DNA of 40,966 nucleotides from Planctomycetales bacterium (GTDB lineage: Bacteria; Planctomycetota; Phycisphaerae; SM23-33). Positions 16,171-24,241 of the stretch are shown here, piece after piece. Both the position numbers and the translations under genes were made by a program. Within the stretch, counting starts at the first letter, position 1. Each line of letters starts with the position of its first letter. The notes under the pieces were generated by a model. The model did not search any database. It saw only the letters and a program-made list of their open reading frames with translations, and was not told the origin of the DNA. The stretch spans positions 1 through 40,966 of the forward strand of contig DAOWOP010000002.1 of the NCBI GenBank assembly GCA_030642005.1, read 5' to 3'.

Positions 16171-16321
16171 TGCCGGCAAAGGTGAGGCAAAGCGAAAAGG
16201 AGGTGATGAGTGATGGTTTAGATGTTTTTTTGTAAATAAAACGAAATGAAGTGAACGTATTACAAGCCATTTTGGAAACGAGCGGAGCGATTTCCGCAAA
16301 ACCGAGGAAAAGGAGAAAAAA

Positions 16322-17116
16322 ATGAACACTGCTGCAAAATTGTTACTTCTCGTCGTATTGACCGCCGTCCCGGCCGCTCAGGCTGACGCTGCGGTGAAAC
16401 TAAGTCCGGAAGCGGACAACTGGCTCAGTTCATGCCCGAACAGTTACACCGCAAACATGCACAGCGATTCCATTAAAGGCAAGCAGAACCGGGTCCGTAC
16501 GAGCAATTTCTCCTGCAGCACCGCCTATGTCCGCAACTTCCACACGTTGTTGAATTTCAATCTGAGCAGTTATTCGGACAGCAGCGAAATCATCAGCGCG
16601 AAATTGAAAATGTACTTCTACAGCGGCGATACCAGCGGCCGGACATACAACCTCCATCGCGTGACCAATTCATGGTCGGAGTCGGCTTCCTCCTGGGTGA
16701 ACCGGGACGGCAGCAGCCAATGGGATTCCATGACCGGCTGGGATAATGATCCAAATCACGTGTACCAGTACGGCGGCGGCGATTACGACGCAACCGTCGA
16801 GGCCTTCACTGTCATGCCGAGTTCCACGGACCAATGGGTGGAGTGGGACATCACCGACCTGGTCAAGGATTGGATTGACGGAACGGACAACTACGGCCTG
16901 ATTATCATGGACAGCGACGAGTTCGATGCGCCCTGGGAGACCGGGCAGGACAAGGAAGACTACATGTGCTTCTTCCGCGGCAACGAGTACGGAAGCACAG
17001 CCGAGCAGATCGCCCAGCGGCCGTATCTTGAAATCGTCCCTGAGCCGACGAGCATGACCTTACTGGGCGTCGCCGCCGCGACGATGTTGCTGCGCCGACG
17101 CAGGGCGAAGGCGTAG
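16322..17116 (+). CDS. PEP-CTERM protein with a DNRLRE-like carbohydrate-binding beta-sandwich domain
   Basis: Signal peptide MNTAAKLLLLVVLTAVPAAQADA. Domain pattern: LLNFNLSSY...ISAKLKMYFY...YNLHRVTNSWSESASSW...WVEWDITDLVKDWIDGTDNYGLIIM. C-terminus: VPEPTSMTLLGVAAATMLLRRRRAKA. AAGGAG RBS. Confidence 0.8.
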   Translation: MNTAAKLLLLVVLTAVPAAQADAAVKLSPEADNWLSSCPNSYTANMHSDSIKGKQNRVRTSNFSCSTAYVRNFHTLLNFNLSSYSDSSEIISAKLKMYFYSGDTSGRTYNLHRVTNSWSESASSWVNRDGSSQWDSMTGWDNDPNHVYQYGGGDYDATVEAFTVMPSSTDQWVEWDITDLVKDWIDGTDNYGLIIMDSDEFDAPWETGQDKEDYMCFFRGNEYGSTAEQIAQRPYLEIVPEPTSMTLLGVAAATMLLRRRRAKA

Positions 17117-17203
17117 CGCAGTTTTTCGTCGGTAATCTTGTTTTGAGGTTCTGGGCCGTCGCAAGAAGCGCCCCAAAACCTCTGTTCCGATAGGATTATT
17201 TTA

Positions 17204-17929
17204 ATGGGCATGTGTTACAAACGTGGTTTTACGCTGGTCGAACTGCCTGCAGTGAGCAAACGCAAAAGCCTCGCTTTTACGTTAGTCGAACTGCTGGTGG
17301 TTGTCGCTATTATCGCGCTGCTGGTGTCCCTCCTTCTGCCTTCGCTGTCCAGGGCGAAGGGATCGACACGGCGCGTCCTGTGCGCAGGTAATCTGAGCCA
17401 CATCGGTCTCGGGCTGATTATGTACACAGAAGAACATGACGGGTGGTATCCGGCAGCGGAAGCCTCAGGCGAGACGCCCCCGGCACATGTCAATTGGTGG
17501 CAGAACACCTCGCTTCTGCACAACTTCGGTGTTCGCCCCACACAACAGCAGGAATCCATCCTGGTCTGTCCGAGCGATGAAAATCCCGGCCAGTTTGCCA
17601 ACGGGTCGCCCAAGCCGCTGTGGACCAGTTACGCCGCCAATACTTCCTGCTTCGGTGTGGCGCGAGGCGGATCGAGGCGGCCTCGGCGAACGTCGGCCGT
17701 AAAAGTCCCCTCACAGACATTTGCCTTCGGGGATGCCTGCTGGGATCACGATGCCCCGTTGGTCCTTGGCCACCAGATATGCGTGGAAGGCCAATTCGCT
17801 TTCCGACACGATGGGATTGCGCAAATTCTCACGCCGACCCGAGAGGTCTTACAGTTTAGACCCGAAGACATCCCATACGACGGGGACGCCCCGTTCTGGG
17901 GCAATAATCCGCGATACATGACGCCTTGA
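17204..17929 (+). CDS. prepilin-type N-terminal cleavage/methylation domain protein (type II secretion pseudopilin-like)
   Basis: [31 protein letters not shown]. The start is uncertain: ATG 17204 includes a truncated second leader ([11 protein letters not shown]), while in-frame GTG 17252 gives a canonical short basic leader (MSKRKSLA|FTLVE). Confidence 0.75.
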   Translation: MGMCYKRGFTLVELPAVSKRKSLAFTLVELLVVVAIIALLVSLLLPSLSRAKGSTRRVLCAGNLSHIGLGLIMYTEEHDGWYPAAEASGETPPAHVNWWQNTSLLHNFGVRPTQQQESILVCPSDENPGQFANGSPKPLWTSYAANTSCFGVARGGSRRPRRTSAVKVPSQTFAFGDACWDHDAPLVLGHQICVEGQFAFRHDGIAQILTPTREVLQFRPEDIPYDGDAPFWGNNPRYMTP

Positions 17930-17960
17930 ATAGTTACAGATTGTCCGAAAAAGGAATAAA

Positions 17961-18659
17961 ATGAGAAAAACAAGACTTGCAACATTGACGATTATCGCAG
18001 CCGTGGTCGCAGCCGGTTTCGTTCTGGTCCAGCCTGGCTGTACCAACCCTTCCAACGTTCAGCAAATAAGCGCAAAGACAGAGCCTTTGCGCGTCCGCAG
18101 GCCCGGCGGGAAGGTGCAGACCATCACCTTCGCACAGGCAATGGAATTCCATCACGAGCACGAAGACCACGCCGGCACGGTTACTTCGGCGACGCCGAAA
18201 AAATCATCCAAGGCCAAACCGGAAGACGATCACGATCACGACGACGGGCTTTGCATCGGCATAGCCACGGGGTACCAGGCGATACGTTATGCAGCCGGGA
18301 GGCTCTTTCCCGGCGAAACTCCAAACGCGAAGGATTTCGAACTGTCGGTGGCGGGTTCCATGCGAGGAGTTTGGGACGTCCTCGACCTCTATGCCGGCAG
18401 GAAACTCACCCGCCCCAAAACGAAACAGAAAAAGATGTCTATCGAGAGTTTTACCTTCACAGCCAGTCGCATCTCCACGGGCAAAACGCTGACGTTTCGC
18501 CTGCGAAGCGAACTGATATCAGCCGATTTCTTCACGCTGAAGAACCGGGGCGTCTCCTGCGGCGATGCCAAACTGGAGGTTCTCAAGAAACAGGCCGCCC
18601 GGAAGATTTTATCGGCCCACCCGGAAGAATGTTTCGAGTGTCTAACCCATAGGAAATAA
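17961..18659 (+). CDS. exported His/Asp-rich protein, possibly a lipoprotein, with an FmdE-like core
   Basis: Signal sequence with a Cys (AAGFVLVQPGC). His-rich stretches HHEHEDH and EDDHDHDD. DGLCIGIATGYQAIRYAA resembles the FmdE motif HGHLCPGLAxGYRA. C-terminal CFEC. Confidence 0.55.
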   Translation: MRKTRLATLTIIAAVVAAGFVLVQPGCTNPSNVQQISAKTEPLRVRRPGGKVQTITFAQAMEFHHEHEDHAGTVTSATPKKSSKAKPEDDHDHDDGLCIGIATGYQAIRYAAGRLFPGETPNAKDFELSVAGSMRGVWDVLDLYAGRKLTRPKTKQKKMSIESFTFTASRISTGKTLTFRLRSELISADFFTLKNRGVSCGDAKLEVLKKQAARKILSAHPEECFECLTHRK

Positions 18660-18717
18660 CTGAGAAAACAGGAAATCCGAAGGTCGCCCAGCCACCCAGC
18701 GAGCTAAAGGCCAGCAA

Positions 18718-18766
18718 GGGAGCGAGTGGAACGCTTTTTTCGCGTCCATCCGCTCCCTTTTTTATT
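18718..18766 (+). terminator. rho-independent terminator (repeated module, intact copy)
   Basis: Outer stem GGGAGCG (18718-18724) with CGCTCCC (18751-18757), inner stem GGAACGC with GCGTCC, followed by TTTTTTATT. Confidence 0.75.
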
Positions 18767-18787
18767 GGCCTGCCTGGAGTGCAGGCG

Positions 18788-19717
18788 ATGCAGGAAATTG
18801 AAATGACAGTCAGCACACAAAAAAACGTCGGCAGGCGCCGTGGCTGCGGTGCTTGCGGCCACATTCGGTCAGGTATGGAGGGTTTATCGTGGCCGCAAAC
18901 ACCGCGGCCACGGCACCCGGGTTTCACGCTGGTCGAATTGCTCGTGGTGGTTTCGATTATCGCTATGCTGGTGAGCATCCTTTTGCCGTCGTTGGGCAGG
19001 GCCAAGGATGCGGCAAAAGCCGTGGTGTGCCTGAATAACCAGCGGGTACTCGGCATAGCCCTGCGATACTACGCCCATGACCGCAACGGCCGACTGCCTT
19101 CGGCTGAAACGTTCTACGAGGACGCCGCACCGTATCTCGACAAGTCGCTGCCCGACAGTGTATGGGATTACAAGCGAGAAAACATGCCGCAGGCGCTGTT
19201 TTGCCCGTGCGATTCGGACCCGTTTCCCTGCCCGTACATGGGCGGAGCGTTCGAGGTAACTTCCTACCTAGTCAATGGCGCCGAGACCGACTACGCGATG
19301 GGTGGAGGGACGCGAATCGCACTGGGATTGTTCGGCGGCAAGGGAAATATCGACGAGCCGATCTGTGCAGCCGAGTGCATGTTAATCGGCGAGGCAACCA
19401 ATTACTGCAAGATTGCCGACCTGGACCACCCCGCCGCCCAGGCCGCCTTTAGCGCCGCCGGAGCGGACCTGGGCGGATCGCGAAGGCGTTTCCATCACCG
19501 CGCCACCAGCGGATTTTTCCACAACGGCAGGATGAACGTCTATTTCGCCGATGGGCACGGCTCGGCGGTAAGAGGCAAAACGGTGGACCCCCTGCCCGTC
19601 AGCGACTGGCCCAGCGGGGCGCTGATGGATAAGACCACAGCCTTCTACCCGACGCTCTCGCTGCCGATGGCGACGGAAAACCCGGACTTCTGGGGCCCGC
19701 CGTATGACAGTTGGTAA
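18788..19717 (+). CDS. prepilin-type N-terminal cleavage/methylation domain protein with an H-X9-DG motif
   Basis: [33 protein letters not shown], and C-terminal HNGRMNVYFADGHG (H-X9-DG). Start uncertain: ATG 18788 has GGAG 8 nt upstream; GTG 18779, ATG 18803 and ATG 18875 are alternatives. Confidence 0.8.
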   Translation: MQEIEMTVSTQKNVGRRRGCGACGHIRSGMEGLSWPQTPRPRHPGFTLVELLVVVSIIAMLVSILLPSLGRAKDAAKAVVCLNNQRVLGIALRYYAHDRNGRLPSAETFYEDAAPYLDKSLPDSVWDYKRENMPQALFCPCDSDPFPCPYMGGAFEVTSYLVNGAETDYAMGGGTRIALGLFGGKGNIDEPICAAECMLIGEATNYCKIADLDHPAAQAAFSAAGADLGGSRRRFHHRATSGFFHNGRMNVYFADGHGSAVRGKTVDPLPVSDWPSGALMDKTTAFYPTLSLPMATENPDFWGPPYDSW

Positions 19718-19730
19718 CCGGGTGTAAAAA

Positions 19731-20327
19731 ATGGACGATTCGGACAGGAAAAAATTACTGACAGCAGCAGGCGTTTCGCTTCTCGCGGCGGTAACGATCG
19801 GGGCGATGCTGGGCCTTGCCGCCGGAGCGTGGCGGGTCGGCTTCGGGTGGCTGGCGCTTCCGGTGGGCCTGGCGGCGGGCGTTCCGTTGCGGCTATTCGG
19901 TATGCATCGCCATCGCGCGACATTCCTGGCTGCGCTGCTGTGTACGGGAGCGGGGTTGGCCGCACACATCGGCGTCCGCCGGCTGGCCAAACCGGAGTGG
20001 ACGGCAAAGCAGCAGGTTGGCGACGAAAAACTGGATGAACTATCCCGCGAGGTGCTCGCGCTGCAAATGTGCTGCGAGCAGAAGATTATGGGAGTGTGGG
20101 ACTACGACGGCGTCCCGCAGGAGATAAAGGACGAAGCCGACGGGCGCGTCAAAGCAATGTCGGAAAAGGAAAAACTCGCACTGTGCGACGAGACCTTCGC
20201 CCGGCGGATTAACACCCCCGCAGGCGGGGGTGGTCGGGGCAGAGGCTTCATTGCCCAGGCCGGCTGGGCGGTACTGTCCGGTGTGCTGGCAATTGCGCCG
20301 CTGGCGCTGAAAAACCGGTATGAATGA
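19731..20327 (+). CDS. hypothetical membrane protein (3-4 TM helices)
   Basis: 198-aa ORF with N-terminal TM helices, a charged central segment and a C-terminal TM helix. No family recognised. Confidence 0.5.
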   Translation: MDDSDRKKLLTAAGVSLLAAVTIGAMLGLAAGAWRVGFGWLALPVGLAAGVPLRLFGMHRHRATFLAALLCTGAGLAAHIGVRRLAKPEWTAKQQVGDEKLDELSREVLALQMCCEQKIMGVWDYDGVPQEIKDEADGRVKAMSEKEKLALCDETFARRINTPAGGGGRGRGFIAQAGWAVLSGVLAIAPLALKNRYE

Positions 20328-20473
20328 GAACCGAAAGGAGGTGATTGAAAATGTAACATCAAACGGAGAAAACGGAGCAGATGTAGATGTATGACCAGCC
20401 AGACGGTCTTCAAAGCCGATCCAGCCAAAAACCTTTGGTGGCTTTTCAGAAGCCACAATGAGGAGAGAATGAT

Positions 20474-21250
20474 ATGAAGTATGCAACGAAGATTTTGTTG
20501 ACAGTATTGGTTCTTGCGCTGGCCGGTTCGACCGCTGTGGCGGATTTCGGCTATCGCGACAAATTCGCTCCCGGCTGGGAGTCGGCGACCGGCTACACGG
20601 TCCAGGACTGGGGACTGCATGATCTCGGTTGGGACCCTGTGGAGGAAGAATGGATTGGGCCCGGCCAGCCGCTACCGGCGGACAACGGGTACACCAATTC
20701 TTACGGAACGCCTACGTGTGTCTGGGATACTCAGACTCCGCAAGGCTATTACGGCTGGAATGGCGGCCCCCCTATGCCTCCGGGAACACATCCTGCCTGG
20801 GCGGATGATACCTGGGGCGGCATGATTCAAATGAGCGGTGACGGTTCCGCTGCGTTAACTGCTACGGTAAATCCCGGTGCCGAGAACGGTGTGCTGAGAA
20901 TCTGGGTCGAATACGACTGGTTCGCAAGCGGGAACGTGTCAGCCGGCATCGCCGGCGCGACGGATATCACGCCGGCCACCTATTACAATCACCAGCTCGG
21001 TACCGGCGGATCGAGCGGGAGTCCATGGTACCGGACCATCAAGGTCTTTGAGTTCACCGAGAATCCGGACACGCCGTTCAACGTGGTGTTCACCGCGACG
21101 GGTTTTGCGCCGATGATGGACTCGTTCGAGATCAGCACGGCTATCGGCGCAGCCGTTCCGCCGGATATGCCGGTTCCAGAGCCGGCGACGATGGTCCTGT
21201 TGGGTCTCGGCGGCGTCGGTGTACTGATGAGGCGAAGACGCAGAGGCTAA
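20474..21250 (+). CDS. PEP-CTERM sorting domain-containing secreted protein
   Basis: Signal peptide MKYATKILLTVLVLALAGSTAVA. C-terminus VPEPATMVLLGLGGVGVLMRRRRRG. GGAG lies 8 nt upstream of the ATG. Confidence 0.8.
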   Translation: MKYATKILLTVLVLALAGSTAVADFGYRDKFAPGWESATGYTVQDWGLHDLGWDPVEEEWIGPGQPLPADNGYTNSYGTPTCVWDTQTPQGYYGWNGGPPMPPGTHPAWADDTWGGMIQMSGDGSAALTATVNPGAENGVLRIWVEYDWFASGNVSAGIAGATDITPATYYNHQLGTGGSSGSPWYRTIKVFEFTENPDTPFNVVFTATGFAPMMDSFEISTAIGAAVPPDMPVPEPATMVLLGLGGVGVLMRRRRRG

Positions 21251-21257
21251 AAAAAAG

Positions 21258-21342
21258 TCGGGTGCCATGCTTTCACGCGAAGCGGGTAAGCATGTCCGCT
21301 ACATTTACATGCCCATCCCTTCGGGAAGGGCATGGCACCCGA
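21258..21342 (-). terminator. large hairpin plus U8 tract, oriented for minus-strand transcription
   Basis: Perfect 13-bp stem, TCGGGTGCCATGC (21258-21270) with GCATGGCACCCGA (21330-21342). The A8 run at 21249-21256 reads as U8 after the hairpin on the minus strand. No T-run follows on the plus strand. Confidence 0.45.
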
Positions 21343-21468
21343 TAGTAACGCTGTTAATGTACAAATGTGAATGTGTGTGCAAGTTGTGCGTAAGTCAGGC
21401 AGAGAAGCCCGAAGGCCGATCCACCCAGCCCATTCGCTCCTTGCTCGGCTAATTGAATGGAGAAAACA

Positions 21469-22161
21469 ATGGGTATCAAAAGTAGTATCGTTGTAGCAAT
21501 GCTGTTGGTTGTTTTGTCGGCTGGTTCGGTTGCCAGGGCCGATTTTACACTGAATGTTGACGAGGTGTTTTACTCGGCAATGGGCGGCGGACCGTTCGTT
21601 AAAAACTATGTCCTGACCTGTAATACAGGGGCCGGTGAAGCATGGGAAAGCATGGCGTTTCTGAAGTTCGACCTGACGGACCTGCCGAGCGCGCCGGTTC
21701 CGTCAGCCTGGTTGAGCCTCGAGAACATCCCGCCGGCAGGCGGAATGACGCTGACGCAGCCGTCGGAGGATGAGCCTGTGAAGATTTCCGTCCAGACCGT
21801 TACCGAAGACGTCTCGAAGATCACATCAGGCCAGATCGGCGTCTCGGATTTCCAGGACAATTATATCGGCGATGAGATAGACACTGCCGAGATAACAGTC
21901 AACGGGTTCTACTACTGGGACGTTACCGAACTGGTGAACGCCTGGATCGGCGGGGCGGATAATTACGGCTTCGCGCTGACGGGTCGGTACGACGACGATT
22001 TTGACCCGTGGCTCTGGCCTCATTTCGCCGGTAAGCCCAACGCCGCCTGGCCCGACAGCCTCGGGGCAGAACCTGTCATTGCCAACGTGCCGCTTCCCGA
22101 ACCGGCTTCCGCAGTATTATTGTTGTCGGGCGGCGTGCTGGCGATGTTCCGGCGACGGTAA
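21469..22161 (+). CDS. PEP-CTERM-like protein with a DNRLRE-like domain
   Basis: Signal peptide MGIKSSIVVAMLLVVLSAGSVARA (ATG 21469 has GGAG 7 nt upstream; ATG 21457 is an alternative). Domain pattern: AFLKFDLTDLP...AWLSLENI...YWDVTELVNAWIGGADNYGFALTG. C-terminus: LPEPASAVLLLSGGVLAMFRRR. Confidence 0.75.
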   Translation: MGIKSSIVVAMLLVVLSAGSVARADFTLNVDEVFYSAMGGGPFVKNYVLTCNTGAGEAWESMAFLKFDLTDLPSAPVPSAWLSLENIPPAGGMTLTQPSEDEPVKISVQTVTEDVSKITSGQIGVSDFQDNYIGDEIDTAEITVNGFYYWDVTELVNAWIGGADNYGFALTGRYDDDFDPWLWPHFAGKPNAAWPDSLGAEPVIANVPLPEPASAVLLLSGGVLAMFRRR

Positions 22162-22189
22162 AGATATGTCTTTGTCAGAGAAAAACATG

Positions 22190-22240
22190 GCGAAACGGCA
22201 AGCCGTGGGGTTTGCCGTTTCGCGGTATTTTCGGTTTTTT
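22190..22240 (+). terminator. rho-independent terminator
   Basis: Perfect 12-bp stem, GCGAAACGGCAA (22190-22201) with TTGCCGTTTCGC (22212-22223), followed by GGTATTTTCGGTTTTTT. Confidence 0.8.
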
Positions 22241-22274
22241 CGTAGTAATACAGAAACATTGAAAGGAAGAGATC

Positions 22275-23231
22275 ATGAAAAGGTTTTACAGGCAGTTGTT
22301 GATCGGGTTGGTTCTTTCGGTTGTCCTGGCCGGTGCGGTCGGGTACGGAACAAACAATGCTCCAGCCATTACTGAAAATACCACGCCGACCGCTATGTCC
22401 GACGGTTCCGCCGGGCTGCTGGTTATCGCGCACGGCGCACCGATGCCGGCGTGGAACAAACCCGTCCTGGCATTGGAGAAACAGGTCGTCAAGGCGCTTG
22501 GGCCGAACAGCCCGTTCAAAAAGGTCAAGGTCGTCCTGATGGAGTTTGTGAAACCCTCGGTAGCCGACGGCGTCGCCGAGATGGAACGGGCCGGTTGCAG
22601 CCGGATCGTGGCCGTACCACTGCTGATCGCGCCGTCGAGCCATTCGCACTGGGACATTCCCGCCTTGCTGGGGCTTTACAGCGACGAGAAGATGAAGGCC
22701 GAACTTGCCGAAGAAGGCGCGACTATCGTCAAAAGCAAACTGCCCATAACCGTTACGGCTACGCTCGACAGCGGCGAGTTGCTCGTTGAGACGATGCTGG
22801 CGCGGGTGAAGGAACTGTCGAAGAACCCCGCCGAGGAGGCCGTGATCGTGCTGGCCCACGGCGACGACGGGCTGAAACCCTACTGGGACGCCTTGATGAA
22901 GCGTATCACGTACAACATCTGCGGGAAGACGGGCATCACCCATGCCGACTGGGCGTACGTCCACGTCGGGCAAGGGTATCGGTCCGGCGGCGTCCCGGCT
23001 ATTATGGCAGCGGCAGAGAATAGGAAGCGAGTGCTGCTGGTGGGATGCTACGTCTCAATGGGAGCGGCGGGGATGCACAAGCGGTTCATGAACCGCCCGA
23101 CGCGAATCCACGGAATGGCGCTGCCGAACCCCCTCAAAGGCAAGGACATCGTCGCGGCCAAACATGGCCTGCTGCCAAGCCCCGGCGCAGCCGAATGGAT
23201 CGCAAAAACCGCTAAAGCGGCGTTACGCTAA
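22275..23231 (+). CDS. CbiX/SirB-family (class II) chelatase-like protein with an N-terminal signal/anchor sequence
   Basis: Two CbiX-like halves (LLVIAHGAP...AVPLLIAPSSHSHWDIPALLG and VIVLAHGDDG...), preceded by a hydrophobic N-terminus (MKRFYRQLLIGLVLSVVLAGAVG). AAGGAAG RBS. Confidence 0.6.
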   Translation: MKRFYRQLLIGLVLSVVLAGAVGYGTNNAPAITENTTPTAMSDGSAGLLVIAHGAPMPAWNKPVLALEKQVVKALGPNSPFKKVKVVLMEFVKPSVADGVAEMERAGCSRIVAVPLLIAPSSHSHWDIPALLGLYSDEKMKAELAEEGATIVKSKLPITVTATLDSGELLVETMLARVKELSKNPAEEAVIVLAHGDDGLKPYWDALMKRITYNICGKTGITHADWAYVHVGQGYRSGGVPAIMAAAENRKRVLLVGCYVSMGAAGMHKRFMNRPTRIHGMALPNPLKGKDIVAAKHGLLPSPGAAEWIAKTAKAALR

Positions 23232-23267
23232 AGAACTGATTACAAAATAATTGCAAGGAGATTTTTA

Positions 23268-23828
23268 ATGAGCAAAGTTGGATTGTTTTATGGAAGCACA
23301 ACGGGAAATACAAAGAATGTGGCCGAGATGGTCCGGAACGAACTCGGCGCCGACAACGTTGACCTGCACGATGTCGCCGGGGCCGGTCCGGCTGACGTCG
23401 GCGGATACGGTATTCTCATTCTCGGCGTTTCCACGTGGGGACTTGGTGATCTTCAGGATGATTGGGAGGCGTTTGCTTCGAGCCTGAAGAGTTTGGACGG
23501 AAGGAAGGTAGCCCTGTTCGGTCTGGGCGATCAGCAGGCATATCCCGACACCTTCGTCAATGCCATGGGCACACTGTATGAAAAGGCCACCGAAGCCGGA
23601 GCCGACGTAGTAGGGGCCTGGCCGACAGACGGGTATGACTTCGGCGACTCGACGGCAGTCGTTAACTACGAGTTTGTGGGGCTGGCCTTGGACGAAGACA
23701 GACAACCTGACATGACGGCGGGGCGCGTGAAGGCGTGGGTCAATCAACTCAAGGTCGAACTGGGTTTGCAGACCGAGACTGAAATGTCGGATGAAACGTT
23801 ACAGCCACCGATGGGAGGCCGGATATGA
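23268..23828 (+). CDS. fldA: long-chain flavodoxin
   Basis: MSKVGLFYGSTTGNTKNVAEMV (FMN phosphate-binding loop), ILGVSTWGLGDLQDDW and FVGLALDEDRQPDMT. AAGGAG RBS. Confidence 0.9.
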   Translation: MSKVGLFYGSTTGNTKNVAEMVRNELGADNVDLHDVAGAGPADVGGYGILILGVSTWGLGDLQDDWEAFASSLKSLDGRKVALFGLGDQQAYPDTFVNAMGTLYEKATEAGADVVGAWPTDGYDFGDSTAVVNYEFVGLALDEDRQPDMTAGRVKAWVNQLKVELGLQTETEMSDETLQPPMGGRI

Positions 23829-24241
23829 TAGGAAAAGCCGAGGAACTTCAGACACCTGATACGGCGGCCATGGCGGTCTTCTGCCATCACGTCTATGAAT
23901 ACCGCAAGGGTCTGCGGAACCTTATCCTTCATACCTGCCGGAGGGAATGCAAGAAGCAAATCATCAGGAAACTCCGTCGGGGACGGATTGCCTATTTCAT
24001 CTTTCCGGTCGGTACAGAGAAGATGAACGTATTTTTCGGTGATCCGTCCTGTATCGAGGTCATTCGCAGTATAGGCAAGAGAGACTTATCGGCCTACAGC
24101 GACGAAGAGGATTTCATCCTTGGGACCATGCTCGGATATTGCCCCCGCAAGCAGTGCATACGGTACCTGCAGCGAAAGAGTTCCGCCCGTGAACATGGTG
24201 ACAAAGAGACTCAATGTCCCCGCAGGTTTCAGGTAGCCTGA
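23825..24241 (+). CDS. DUF2023-like protein (flavodoxin-associated)
   Basis: ATGA overlap with fldA. VFCHHVYEYRKGLRNLILHT matches, from memory, the DUF2023 core found next to flavodoxin genes in Bacteroidota/Chlorobiota. Confidence 0.5.
   Translation: MIGKAEELQTPDTAAMAVFCHHVYEYRKGLRNLILHTCRRECKKQIIRKLRRGRIAYFIFPVGTEKMNVFFGDPSCIEVIRSIGKRDLSAYSDEEDFILGTMLGYCPRKQCIRYLQRKSSAREHGDKETQCPRRFQVA

Noticed and set aside
16196-16207. AAGGAGGTGAT as a fragment of a 16S rRNA gene; it is the reverse complement of the 16S 3' end.
   Set aside because: Only the 11-nt anti-Shine-Dalgarno core matches, and there is no flanking rRNA sequence. It is simply a strong Shine-Dalgarno-like motif.
23232-23267. A Fur box in the AT-rich stretch upstream of fldA (GATTACAAAATAATTGCAA).
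   Set aside because: Only about 8 of 19 positions match the GATAATGATAATCATTATC consensus, and the 36-nt gap is mostly Shine-Dalgarno sequence. That is too weak to call.
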